A DNA stretch of 64,000 bases from Bacteriovoracaceae bacterium (GTDB lineage: Bacteria; Bdellovibrionota; Bacteriovoracia; Bacteriovoracales; Bacteriovoracaceae): assembly GCA_048270185.1 (NCBI GenBank), contig JBLWTJ010000001.1, forward strand, positions 832,001 through 896,000, read 5' to 3'. Positions within the stretch are counted from its first letter, which is position 1. The number at the start of each line of letters is the position of its first letter. Of the stretch, positions 9,801 through 19,144 are shown piece after piece. The notes beneath the pieces were generated by a model. The model had not been told where the DNA came from and ran no database searches. It saw only the letters and a list, made by a program, of their open reading frames with translations. Position numbers and translations under genes: made by a program.

Positions 9801-11264
9801 TTAAGATTTCTTCTTCACGGCCTTCTTTTTGGCCTTCTTCTTACCAAGTTTTTCTTGTTCCTTGGCAATTCTCTTTAGAAGCTTTTGCTTTTCTTGTTCT
9901 TTCTTCTTGAGAGTTTCACTAAGTTTAACATCAACATCGTTTAACTCTTCAATAAGTTTCTTAGCGACAAGCTTTGGTGACTTGGCAATTTTTGTATACT
10001 CTTCAAGCTTCTTCTTCTCATCTTTGATAAGAAGCTTTCTCTTCTCAACCTCATCTTTCGTCATACGATAGATTGGCATATCTGCTAGGTATTCAGAGTA
10101 TACGTATTTCTTCTTATCAAGGTGTTCAACAAAAGACTTTCTATTTTTCGACTTCGTCGCCTTTTCGTATTCTTTGTCCTTAATAAATCTAATAATTTCA
10201 TTATTCTTTTGAATTGAATCCTTAAGGTCAAGACATCTTAGCTCATATCGACGAGTTACGACTTTTAGTCTTTCTTGCGTGAAGATCTCAATAATCTCTT
10301 CTGCACGATTAAAGATCTTCACCCCTCTTTCAGAAATTAGAGTGTAGTTAGGAGATAGACTTGAAGTCGCACCAATTTTCTTTTGGGCCTCTTCTAGTGT
10401 TACTTCCTGACCTTTCTTAAAGAGCAATTCAATATTGATCTCATTATCAACAGATGCATCGACAAAATCTTTTAGGTATCCATCATCAATGAACTTCGTT
10501 AAATGACGATAAATCTTCTTCGCATCATACCCACGAGGTAATTCAGTAATAAAGATTTTTCCATTCTTCTGCTCAAAGCCCATATCAAAAGTTAACTTTC
10601 CAGTTTTCTTATCTTCATGAACAGGAAGAGAGTAATTATTAACATGAGGCTTAACCTTGCGGGCCTTACCTGTTTCAATAAATGAAATCATTGAACGAAT
10701 AATGTCTTTGTGATGAAAGCTTGGAATCGTTGAAGAAAATCCTGTTCCAATTCCCTCTGCTCCATTTAGTAACATGAGGGGAAGCTTTGGCAGAAGCCCT
10801 ACAGGTTCCATTGATCTCTCATCATAATTGGGAACCATTTCAACTTGGTTCATATCATCAAATAAGAGAATTTCAGAAACTTTACCAAGTTTACATTCAA
10901 TATACCTTCCGGCCGCAGGATCTGTTTCCATTCGCTCACCGAAGTATCCTTTCTTATCAATAAGAGGATAGTTATTCGAGAAGGTATAGTCTTGGGCCAT
11001 ATTAACAATCGCTGATTCAATTGAAGCAGGACCGTGAGGGTGTAGAGTTAGCACTAGCCCTGTGGCCGCCGAAACTTTGAGAAGACCTTTTGATTGATTC
11101 TTCCAAAGTGTATATAGAATTCGTCTTTGACCAGGCTTTAAACCATCTTGAAGATAAGGAATGGCACGATCCATCAGGGTATAAATCTGATAAGTACGGT
11201 ACTCATCTCTGACGATATCTTCGAGGTTAATTGACTCTAGGGAATGAAGATAAATTTCTTGCAT
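9801..11264 (-). CDS. Type IIA topoisomerase subunit A, short form without beta-pinwheel CTD
   Basis: DGLKPGQRRILY, HPHG, catalytic AAGRY, LLNGAEGIGTGF, ITELP; 487 aa. Confidence 0.93.
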   Translation of the reverse strand: MQEIYLHSLESINLEDIVRDEYRTYQIYTLMDRAIPYLQDGLKPGQRRILYTLWKNQSKGLLKVSAATGLVLTLHPHGPASIESAIVNMAQDYTFSNNYPLIDKKGYFGERMETDPAAGRYIECKLGKVSEILLFDDMNQVEMVPNYDERSMEPVGLLPKLPLMLLNGAEGIGTGFSSTIPSFHHKDIIRSMISFIETGKARKVKPHVNNYSLPVHEDKKTGKLTFDMGFEQKNGKIFITELPRGYDAKKIYRHLTKFIDDGYLKDFVDASVDNEINIELLFKKGQEVTLEEAQKKIGATSSLSPNYTLISERGVKIFNRAEEIIEIFTQERLKVVTRRYELRCLDLKDSIQKNNEIIRFIKDKEYEKATKSKNRKSFVEHLDKKKYVYSEYLADMPIYRMTKDEVEKRKLLIKDEKKKLEEYTKIAKSPKLVAKKLIEELNDVDVKLSETLKKKEQEKQKLLKRIAKEQEKLGKKKAKKKAVKKKS

Positions 11265-11286
11265 TTTATTTTGTCCTTCTTACTTT

Positions 11287-13485
11287 TTAATCAAGGTAAT
11301 CGATCATATCTGCTAGAACACCACTGGCCTTCTTGCTCACTGCTTTTTTCTTAGAGGCCTTGGTTGCTTTTTTGGCAACTTTTTTAGCGGCTTTCTTTGC
11401 TGTTTTTTTAGCGACTTTCTTTGCTGTTTTCTTAGCAGCTTTTTTGGCAACTTTCTTGGCAGCTTTTTTAGCAGGTTTCTTTGGTGCTACCGGCTCTTCT
11501 GGAGGTACACCTTCATTTAAAATCGTCGATTCTTCTTCATCAAGAAGAAGATCTTTTCTTAAATTCGTATCTTTTCCAAAGCAGATATTTAGCATCTCTT
11601 TTGCTTTGCTTGGTTTATCGATAACAATCTTAGTGTATTCTTCTTTTGAAAGAACATATTTCCAAGCTTCAGGAGACATCTCCCCTAATCCCTTGTTGCG
11701 ATGAATTTGTCTAATCTTTGCTTCACCTGCATTTCTAAACTCATCTAATTCTTTATCAGATTCAAAGTATAGAGTTTTCTTATCTGTTACAACCTCAAAA
11801 AGAGGTGCCTTAGCAATCTGGATGGCACCCATTTCAAATAATTCAGGCCAAAACTGGTAGAAGAAATTTGTAAGAAGTGTATTGATATGCCCACCATCGA
11901 CATCCGAGTCAGCGAGGAAGACAATATTAGAATAACGTAGCTTCTTCTCATCAACTTCTTGACCTAGGACTAATCCAACTGATGCCATGATGTCTGAGAA
12001 TTCTTGGTTATTTAAAATATCTTTAATTCCCGCTTGGGCAACATTCATTGGCTTACCTCGAAGGGCAATACCACCTTGATATAATTTATTACGAGCTGAC
12101 CTTAGTCCACCAATGGCCGAGTCTCCCTCACAAATAAAGAGAGTACAAAGATCACGTTTCTTTCGTTCGTTGGCATCAAGTAGTTTTTCAACTCTTTGAC
12201 GTTTTTGCTTACGGCCTTTTGATGCCGCTTCTTTGAGAACTTGATACTTATGACGAGATTTCCCTCTTTCAATAACAACTTCAAGATACTCTTTATTCTT
12301 ACGCATGAACTTATCAATATACTTGGCCATCAATTCCTCAAGGGCCTTTTCAAGCTGAACATCACGCACTAGTTTTCTCTTCGTCTGAGACTCAAACCTA
12401 GGGTTTGGCATCGTCACTCCAAGAACAAAAGTTAGGCCAGAAAGAATATCGTTATCAACTAACTTAATCTTTTCTTTCTTTGCTTGTCTTTCTAACTTGT
12501 CTTTAATGGCATTGATAAAGATACGTCTAACACGATCATGGTGGAAACCACCGTCATATGTAGGAGTTGAATTGACGAAAGAAATAAATTTTTCACGCTC
12601 TTCACTCGATTTATCAATATTAAGAGAAAGAGACATATCAATCTTCCCCTTAACTTTCTTCTTCTTTGTATTTATTGTTTCGTAGACATAACTTGCTTCA
12701 CCAAAGTCATGAGCATTTGCCTCATCAATTCTTTGGGCCAGTTCAAAGAGTCCTTTGTTATAGTGATACTTTTCACCATTAAAAAAGAAGGCAAGACCTG
12801 GGTTATTATATGCAAGGTCAATAATACGCTTTCTCAATAGATCTTCATCGATAACATTATTCTTATAGACTTCTTTGGCAAGAGTTACTTGAATCGATAC
12901 ACCAGAAGCACCTTTGAAAGTCTTTGGTTTTGTTTGGCTTATCTTAAGAGCACCATCGATAAATTTCGTCGTCTGCTCTTTCTTCGAATTATAGTGCTTA
13001 ATCGTTACAATAAATTCATCTGCAGTAAGACATGTGGCCGCGGCACCTAGACCATTTTGTCCAAGTGTACGATGAAGAAATCCCTTCTCATCTGTTTCTT
13101 CGTCTTTAAACTTTGAACCTGTTCTAAACTCTGAATAAACCTGCTTTACTTTATTAAGTGGAAAACCAATCCCATTGTCGGCAACTGTAACAGTCTTACC
13201 ATCAGCACTTAGAGAAGTGTGAATCTCTGTAACGTGTCCGCGGTAGTATTCATCAATACAATTATCAAGTAGCTCCTCAATGGCCTTTGATTTTGCTTGG
13301 TGAAATTTAACGGTTTGAAAGTCGACTGACTTATCTTGGTAAACGTAAGTTTCTAAATCTTCGATATCATTAGATCCAAAGACCAGGGTAATACGATTTC
13401 GACAGTGCCATCTCTGATCTTTACTCTCAATGACGGCGTCTTTCGTCTTACCTTTACGATTTACCTTTTCAATGCTGCGTCCCAT
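11287..13485 (-). CDS. Type IIA topoisomerase subunit B with Lys/Ala-rich tail
   Basis: GHKL motifs ELLDNCIDE, DNGIG and GQNGLG; FESQTK; TOPRIM motifs EGDSA, LRGK and DSDVDG; NKGLGEM. Confidence 0.93.
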   Translation of the reverse strand: MGRSIEKVNRKGKTKDAVIESKDQRWHCRNRITLVFGSNDIEDLETYVYQDKSVDFQTVKFHQAKSKAIEELLDNCIDEYYRGHVTEIHTSLSADGKTVTVADNGIGFPLNKVKQVYSEFRTGSKFKDEETDEKGFLHRTLGQNGLGAAATCLTADEFIVTIKHYNSKKEQTTKFIDGALKISQTKPKTFKGASGVSIQVTLAKEVYKNNVIDEDLLRKRIIDLAYNNPGLAFFFNGEKYHYNKGLFELAQRIDEANAHDFGEASYVYETINTKKKKVKGKIDMSLSLNIDKSSEEREKFISFVNSTPTYDGGFHHDRVRRIFINAIKDKLERQAKKEKIKLVDNDILSGLTFVLGVTMPNPRFESQTKRKLVRDVQLEKALEELMAKYIDKFMRKNKEYLEVVIERGKSRHKYQVLKEAASKGRKQKRQRVEKLLDANERKKRDLCTLFICEGDSAIGGLRSARNKLYQGGIALRGKPMNVAQAGIKDILNNQEFSDIMASVGLVLGQEVDEKKLRYSNIVFLADSDVDGGHINTLLTNFFYQFWPELFEMGAIQIAKAPLFEVVTDKKTLYFESDKELDEFRNAGEAKIRQIHRNKGLGEMSPEAWKYVLSKEEYTKIVIDKPSKAKEMLNICFGKDTNLRKDLLLDEEESTILNEGVPPEEPVAPKKPAKKAAKKVAKKAAKKTAKKVAKKTAKKAAKKVAKKATKASKKKAVSKKASGVLADMIDYLD

Positions 13486-13558
13486 TCTTAAATTTTCCCC
13501 TATTCTAGCTTCGTGCTATAATCAATTCTGTATTAAGAATAAGGGAAACTAGCAGGCC

Positions 13559-14167
13559 TTGAAAGTTACAACGCGTCAACCATTGATAATTACAGCACTT
13601 TTTTTGCTAATTTCGATTTTTACAAATCATAGCTTTGCCAATGATTTTAGGGGGATCGAAGATGACATCAAAAATATTCTTGTCGAAAAAAAAAGAATTT
13701 ACCGCAAGGCACAAGTCGAGACGCACAAAAACAAACAAAGTTTAGATTACAGAATTTATGGGATTCATCCCAATAAGTGCAAGACTGCTCTGCGCAAGCT
13801 ATCGCGCTACGAAAAATTCAGTGAATATATCGATCTTGTAAAGCTATCTGGTTATTCAGAGAAGAAAAAGCAGATCTATCTCTATCTTGACCACACCCTC
13901 ATGCCTTTTCCAATGTCATTAAGCTTTAAAATTCCAAGAATCACAAGGCCAGGAGTCTATCCATTCACTTTTGATAAGGGATTCCTTAAAGGCCTAAAAG
14001 GTGAAATCAACGTTAGGCAATTAAAAGACGGACGTTGTCTCTTCTTTTCTACTTCATATTGGAAGGGTGAAAAGTCTTCAATCCCAGATACTCTATTTGA
14101 GATGTTTTCTGAGACACTTGGAGAGCTTGCCATGGAGAAATTATTTCGTATATCGCGCCGACTTTAA
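13559..14167 (+). CDS. Secreted hypothetical protein (possibly START/SRPBCC-like)
   Basis: Signal peptide ending SFA; fold guess is weak. Confidence 0.55.
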   Translation: MKVTTRQPLIITALFLLISIFTNHSFANDFRGIEDDIKNILVEKKRIYRKAQVETHKNKQSLDYRIYGIHPNKCKTALRKLSRYEKFSEYIDLVKLSGYSEKKKQIYLYLDHTLMPFPMSLSFKIPRITRPGVYPFTFDKGFLKGLKGEINVRQLKDGRCLFFSTSYWKGEKSSIPDTLFEMFSETLGELAMEKLFRISRRL

Positions 14168-15898
14168 CTCTTCAAAGAAAATCTTCTCACGAATATTCCA
14201 AAATTGACCTTTCTTGCGTGCAATAACGTACTTTGGTTTTCTAAAGAAATGTCGATCTTTTGAGACTTCTTCAATAGACTTTACCTTGTACTTTAATTCA
14301 GGGTTCTTTAAATGCTTTCGAACAAATGAATGAAAGAATGCCCCACGTTGGGAGTCACTTGTTAATTGATAGAATTCTTTTAGAGATTCTCCATTTACAT
14401 CGTAATAAGTAATTAAGAGACTACGACCTTTCTTGCCACTATATTCGCTAAAGATCATCTCCTCCACCCGCATAATGTGCGCATCCTTTAATTGCATGGC
14501 CTCTTTTAACTTCTTATCGGCATCGCGAATTTCATGCTCACAATAGTGGCATACATGGGCACTAATATCGTTGCTTTGTCCGCAATTTTCGCAAGTTTTA
14601 AAGCGAAAGAGAAAACCGCATTCTTCCACACTCATATCAGCTTCATTGATATGAATTCCCTGACATTTTCGCCCGTAATGTTCGATGACATGGCCTTCAC
14701 TATCCATCTTGCCCCAGAAGATATTCCCATGGCCACATTCAGGACAAAGAACTTGTACTTCCTCAGTGTCACCAGAAGGTCTTACTTCGCCTACTTCTGG
14801 TTTAAAAATATCGTGATCAAGTCCCGTATAATCAAGGATTAAACAATCAGTTTTTCCTTCATAGAGACGCAGTCCACGGCCAACAATTTGTTGGTATAAA
14901 CTAATGGACTCCGTCGGACGAAGAATTGCAATTAAATCGACATGAGGAGCATCAAAGCCAGTGGTTAAAACAGAGACATTAACTAAGAATTTAAGCTTTT
15001 GATCCTTGAAATCTTTAATTAATTTATCGCGCTCATCTTGAGGTGTTTCACCTGTCACAATAGCACTTAAACCTTCAGGTAAATAAGAGAGGACTTCTCG
15101 TGCGTGTTTAACCGTAGAAGTAAAGAGCATGACTCCACGCCTACTTTGAGCTTCTTGAGTGATATGCTTTACAATGCCAGGAGTAACACGGGCACTATCA
15201 TTTAAAATCTTTTCAATTTCTTGAGTTAGAAAGCGCCCTGTTTCATCATTAATTTCAAGCTTTGAAAAATCATAACAGGCCACAGGTGAATCAATTTTTA
15301 TCGGTCTTGTTAAGTACTTATTCTTAATCATAAAGCTAAGCGGTAGCTCATAAATACAATGCTTGAAAAAGCGCTCTTCTTTAGTTCTAAGAATTTCATG
15401 ATAGTGATAATTATAAACCCAGCCCATCCCTAAGCGGTAAGGCGTGGCAGTTAAGCCTAAGAAGAAAACCTTCTCATTTTGATGGCGCAATTTCTTAAAA
15501 ACTTGATGGTATTGCGAGTCTTCTTCTAGTGAAATTCGGTGACATTCATCAATAACAATAAGTGAAAAGTCTTTAAAGAATTCATCAGGAGCACGGGCAA
15601 CAGACTGGATAGAGCCAAAAATAACTTTATCATTATGGTCTTTTCGATTCATGGAAGCTGAAAAAATTCCGGCCTTTAAATCATAAGCTTCATACTTAGC
15701 ATGATTTTGCTCGACTAACTCTTTAACGTGAGCAAGAACAAGGACTCGACCTCGTGCAATTCGCGCAAGTTCAGCAATGACAAGACTCTTTCCTGCTCCA
15801 GTTGGTAGTACAATTAAAGCAGGATCACTTGATCTTTGAAAATGACGAATAGTCTTATCAACGGCCTCTGTTTGATAATCTCGTAACTTAAATACCAT
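14141..15898 (-). CDS. radD: SF2 DNA repair helicase RadD (YejH)
   Basis: LRDYQ, LPTGAGKS, DECH, TATP, TTGFDAP and QIVGRGLR motifs; C-terminal Cys clusters. Confidence 0.93.
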   Translation of the reverse strand: MVFKLRDYQTEAVDKTIRHFQRSSDPALIVLPTGAGKSLVIAELARIARGRVLVLAHVKELVEQNHAKYEAYDLKAGIFSASMNRKDHNDKVIFGSIQSVARAPDEFFKDFSLIVIDECHRISLEEDSQYHQVFKKLRHQNEKVFFLGLTATPYRLGMGWVYNYHYHEILRTKEERFFKHCIYELPLSFMIKNKYLTRPIKIDSPVACYDFSKLEINDETGRFLTQEIEKILNDSARVTPGIVKHITQEAQSRRGVMLFTSTVKHAREVLSYLPEGLSAIVTGETPQDERDKLIKDFKDQKLKFLVNVSVLTTGFDAPHVDLIAILRPTESISLYQQIVGRGLRLYEGKTDCLILDYTGLDHDIFKPEVGEVRPSGDTEEVQVLCPECGHGNIFWGKMDSEGHVIEHYGRKCQGIHINEADMSVEECGFLFRFKTCENCGQSNDISAHVCHYCEHEIRDADKKLKEAMQLKDAHIMRVEEMIFSEYSGKKGRSLLITYYDVNGESLKEFYQLTSDSQRGAFFHSFVRKHLKNPELKYKVKSIEEVSKDRHFFRKPKYVIARKKGQFWNIREKIFFEELKSARYTK

Positions 15899-16296
15899 TT
15901 CTATTTTCTTTATCCCTAAACATTACAAAATCTCTTTTAATCCTCATTGCTACGGCCTTAGTGCAATCCTATAAATTTAAAACTTTTCCTTGGAATATTA
16001 TTAAAGATACTTAACTAAATGTATATTTATGATTCGTTACATATTTGTTCAATTCATAAAATCTAAAACTAAAAATCGTAAGACGTTAGAATTTAAAACC
16101 ATAACTTTCAGAAGTGAAAACATCAAAGAATCACAACAAAAAAACCCTTAATTTCAGATAGTTAAATTACTTCTCCCTTTTTATTTGGCACCTCAAATGA
16201 AATAAAATAAATTGACTCACTAGTGATATTCACTCATTAAAAATAATTTATCATTCAGTTCGCCATTCAAACTATGATAGCAGAAAGGAGTTCTCT

Positions 16297-16899
16297 ATGA
16301 TCAATTCTATTTCCAAAAATATCTTAACTTACCCATGGGACAATCTAGACTTTGTTCAAAACTTTTTGGCCCAAACTTATTATTACGTTAATCATTCAGA
16401 GAAATTATTATGTCTATCGATGGCAAGGCTAAGTGAAGATAAAGAGTTTAGAAGATTTAAGGAGCACCTTATAGAAGAGAGTGCACACGACCGTCTGGCA
16501 ATAAATGACTTAAAAAAATTTAATTCAAATATAAACAATCATACTGAGTACGCCACAACAAAAGCATTCTATCAAACACAGTACTACTTGATCGAACACA
16601 AGCATCCACTGTCGTTATTAGGTTATATTCTTTTCTTAGAAGAGCTTGCGGATCAAGCAGGTAGATCAATTCATGAAAAACTAGAAGAATACTATAGTAA
16701 AACATCAGCTTTCATCAAGCTACACTATGAAGAAGATGAGGATCACGTTGAAGAGGCCAAGAAATTAATCAACACTCTACCTGAAGAGATAAAATCAATT
16801 ATTTATCAAAACTATGATGATTCAAAAAAGTTATATTATTCAATGCTTGATCAAATCGTCGAAGAAATTACTTCAAAGAATCAAAACAAAGCAGCATAG
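16297..16899 (+). CDS. Heme-oxygenase-like diiron (iron-containing redox) enzyme
   Basis: HLIEESAH, FLEE and LHYEEDEDH metal-ligand pattern; AAGGAG RBS. Confidence 0.8.
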   Translation: MINSISKNILTYPWDNLDFVQNFLAQTYYYVNHSEKLLCLSMARLSEDKEFRRFKEHLIEESAHDRLAINDLKKFNSNINNHTEYATTKAFYQTQYYLIEHKHPLSLLGYILFLEELADQAGRSIHEKLEEYYSKTSAFIKLHYEEDEDHVEEAKKLINTLPEEIKSIIYQNYDDSKKLYYSMLDQIVEEITSKNQNKAA

Positions 16900-16914
16900 A
16901 TAAGAAGGTTCAAG

Positions 16915-17655
16915 ATGCATGATATTAACCCAAATGATTTAAAGCTCTATTTAATCAAGCCGGGTGAAATAACACCGACTGGCTACACTTCTCTTCTATT
17001 AGATTTTTACTATAAATGGATGGATGTTTGGAGAAAATCATATATCAAACTAGGGGCACGAGAAGATGCGATCGAAAAACTCTACTCTGATCGACTCTTG
17101 ATACAGGATGAATTAGTTATTCTTACCTATCAAGGAGAAATTGTCTCAGGGGCGAGCTTTAAAATATTTAATCTTGCAAATCAGCTTCACCTTCATCAAG
17201 AATATTTTTCAGATATTGATGAATTAACAATGAAAAAACTATTAAAAATATCCGTTGATAATAAATTTATCTCATGTGGAGACTTAACACTTATTTCGAA
17301 ATTTACAACGAGTAAATCCGATTTCAATTGGAAGTACCTTATTTTGGCGGCTTTATTTGAAAGAAGTATTAGGCAAGATAATGGGCCACTTGTTGCCTAT
17401 ACAAATAATATAATGAAAATAACAAAGGGCTGTGTGGACTTAGGGGCAGAAGTGATAAAGAAAGAATTCAAGCATCACTTACCTTTTGGAGCAAGCTGTG
17501 TTGTCGATGTCATTTACGTCAACGATCGGACTCTAGAGAATGTATCGGAAGAAATGAAAGTTTATGGTCTTCTCGCCAGAGACTTACTTGATCGATGCTA
17601 TAGCAACTCTGATATTCCAGTATTCTCTCGAGAAAGAAAGAAGTCTACTGGATAA
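16915..17655 (+). CDS. Hypothetical protein, possible GNAT/acyl-transfer (LuxI/FeeM-like) fold
   Basis: 15 bp after the diiron enzyme gene; helix/strand pattern loosely GNAT-like (VILTYQGEIVSGASF ... CVDLGAEVI). Confidence 0.5.
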   Translation: MHDINPNDLKLYLIKPGEITPTGYTSLLLDFYYKWMDVWRKSYIKLGAREDAIEKLYSDRLLIQDELVILTYQGEIVSGASFKIFNLANQLHLHQEYFSDIDELTMKKLLKISVDNKFISCGDLTLISKFTTSKSDFNWKYLILAALFERSIRQDNGPLVAYTNNIMKITKGCVDLGAEVIKKEFKHHLPFGASCVVDVIYVNDRTLENVSEEMKVYGLLARDLLDRCYSNSDIPVFSRERKKSTG

Positions 17656-19012
17656 CAGAATCGTCGTCTTCATTAGATAAATATTCTTGGTCATCCTCTT
17701 CCTCTTCTACGCTTTCAAGAAAAATTGGAATCTTAACTTCTACTTTTGTTCCATGAGTATTATCAAAATCAATTGTACCACCAACACGGTCGACAATATA
17801 ACAAAGAATACCGAGCCCCATACCACTACCGGTCTCATTCTCTGTACCTACCCTTGAAGTAACTTTAGAGAATGCCTTAACAGAATTAATGATTTCATCT
17901 GAAATCCCTTCTCCATTATCCTCAACACAAAAACAAAGAGTCGTATTATCTGTATGAATATTTAATTTTACGATATCTCGATATGACGAGAACTTTAAGG
18001 CATTAGTTAAAAGGTTACCAACAATTGTCTTAACAATTATTTCACTGCTAACTTCTGTATAGCAGTCTTCATTTTCACCATTAAAATTCTTAATAAGTTT
18101 CACACGCTTTTGATTGAATCTATCTTTATAGTTCTCATCAATTGTTGTCATAACTTCAAAAATATTAATAGGATAAAGATTCTTTTCATTATCATTATAT
18201 TGATTACTAATCTCGGTCTTAAAGCGAATCAGCTCATCAAGTCGATCATTTGCTTTTTTTACATATGAGATATCATCTTTTTTAATTGCACGACTTAAAG
18301 ATAGTGAAACGAAATTTAAATCATTAGAAGTATCATGGATTAGCGCTTTATATAGAGAATTCGTTAGTTTTAACTCAGACTGTAATTTGTGATCAAGTGA
18401 TACTTTCTTATCGAGAAGCTTTAAAAGGAATCCCAACATAATTGAAACATATGTGAAGACAGCTCCTGTCCACCCCCATAATTCTGCACCTTCATCAAAT
18501 CTAAAGAATGGGTATGTTAATGTATTAACGATACCTGAAAACAGAATTAAAGAATAAAAGTAATTGGCAGCTTTGTTTAATCTCTTTAGATGAAAGTAAA
18601 GAGCAATAGCTCCAGGCATATATCCACTTATAGAGAATAAGAGAGTATAGGCCGTAAAATTATCTGTTTGAGAGAAAATAACCCCACTTATTGCGATACA
18701 AATAAGATGCAAAGAAATGAATTTATTTCGATATTTTGTAAGTTTACCGTCCATAAAGTAATTACCAAGGAAGTAAACAGGAATAAGTTGGAGCGTAAAT
18801 ACAGCAGCTGCCATCACTTTTGTTTGCCCAAAGAATAACGTTATAACGTAAACGATAAAGACGCTCGTAATAAACCTTTTAAACTGAGTGTAATCTTCAG
18901 TCTTATCAACCGCAGCAACGATGTAGACACAAATGTTACACATTACAAGAAAGGCCAGTAGCGAAATATATAGAATCAGCATATTATTCATAAAGTTATA
19001 TCTATCAAACAA
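17645..19012 (-). CDS. Multi-TM (about 7) sensor histidine kinase
   Basis: Hydrophobic N-terminal ~200 aa; H box LIHD, N box NLLTNALKFS, DNGEG, GSGMGL; exact start uncertain. Confidence 0.88.
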   Translation of the reverse strand: MFDRYNFMNNMLILYISLLAFLVMCNICVYIVAAVDKTEDYTQFKRFITSVFIVYVITLFFGQTKVMAAAVFTLQLIPVYFLGNYFMDGKLTKYRNKFISLHLICIAISGVIFSQTDNFTAYTLLFSISGYMPGAIALYFHLKRLNKAANYFYSLILFSGIVNTLTYPFFRFDEGAELWGWTGAVFTYVSIMLGFLLKLLDKKVSLDHKLQSELKLTNSLYKALIHDTSNDLNFVSLSLSRAIKKDDISYVKKANDRLDELIRFKTEISNQYNDNEKNLYPINIFEVMTTIDENYKDRFNQKRVKLIKNFNGENEDCYTEVSSEIIVKTIVGNLLTNALKFSSYRDIVKLNIHTDNTTLCFCVEDNGEGISDEIINSVKAFSKVTSRVGTENETGSGMGLGILCYIVDRVGGTIDFDNTHGTKVEVKIPIFLESVEEEEDDQEYLSNEDDDSVIQ

Positions 19013-19144
19013 ACTTTAGGTTAGAAAACATTAATAAATATTATGTATTTTCTACCAGTCCTAAGTGGTTAAAATCATTAGTAAGTTAAAAAATAATCAG
19101 CAAAAAAATTAATTAATTAATAACTCAATCTCAACTTAATTGAG

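Noticed and set aside
11333..11704. 123-aa + strand ORF with FLA repeats
   Set aside because: Antisense shadow of the AKK repeat tail of topoisomerase B
9801..13485. Calling the topoisomerase genes gyrA/gyrB or parC/parE, or a prophage
   Set aside because: No GyrA-box or CTD, atypical motifs, and no phage genes nearby
16187..16203. Sigma54-like TTGGCAC upstream of the diiron enzyme gene
   Set aside because: The -12 element reads GA rather than GC; too weak to call
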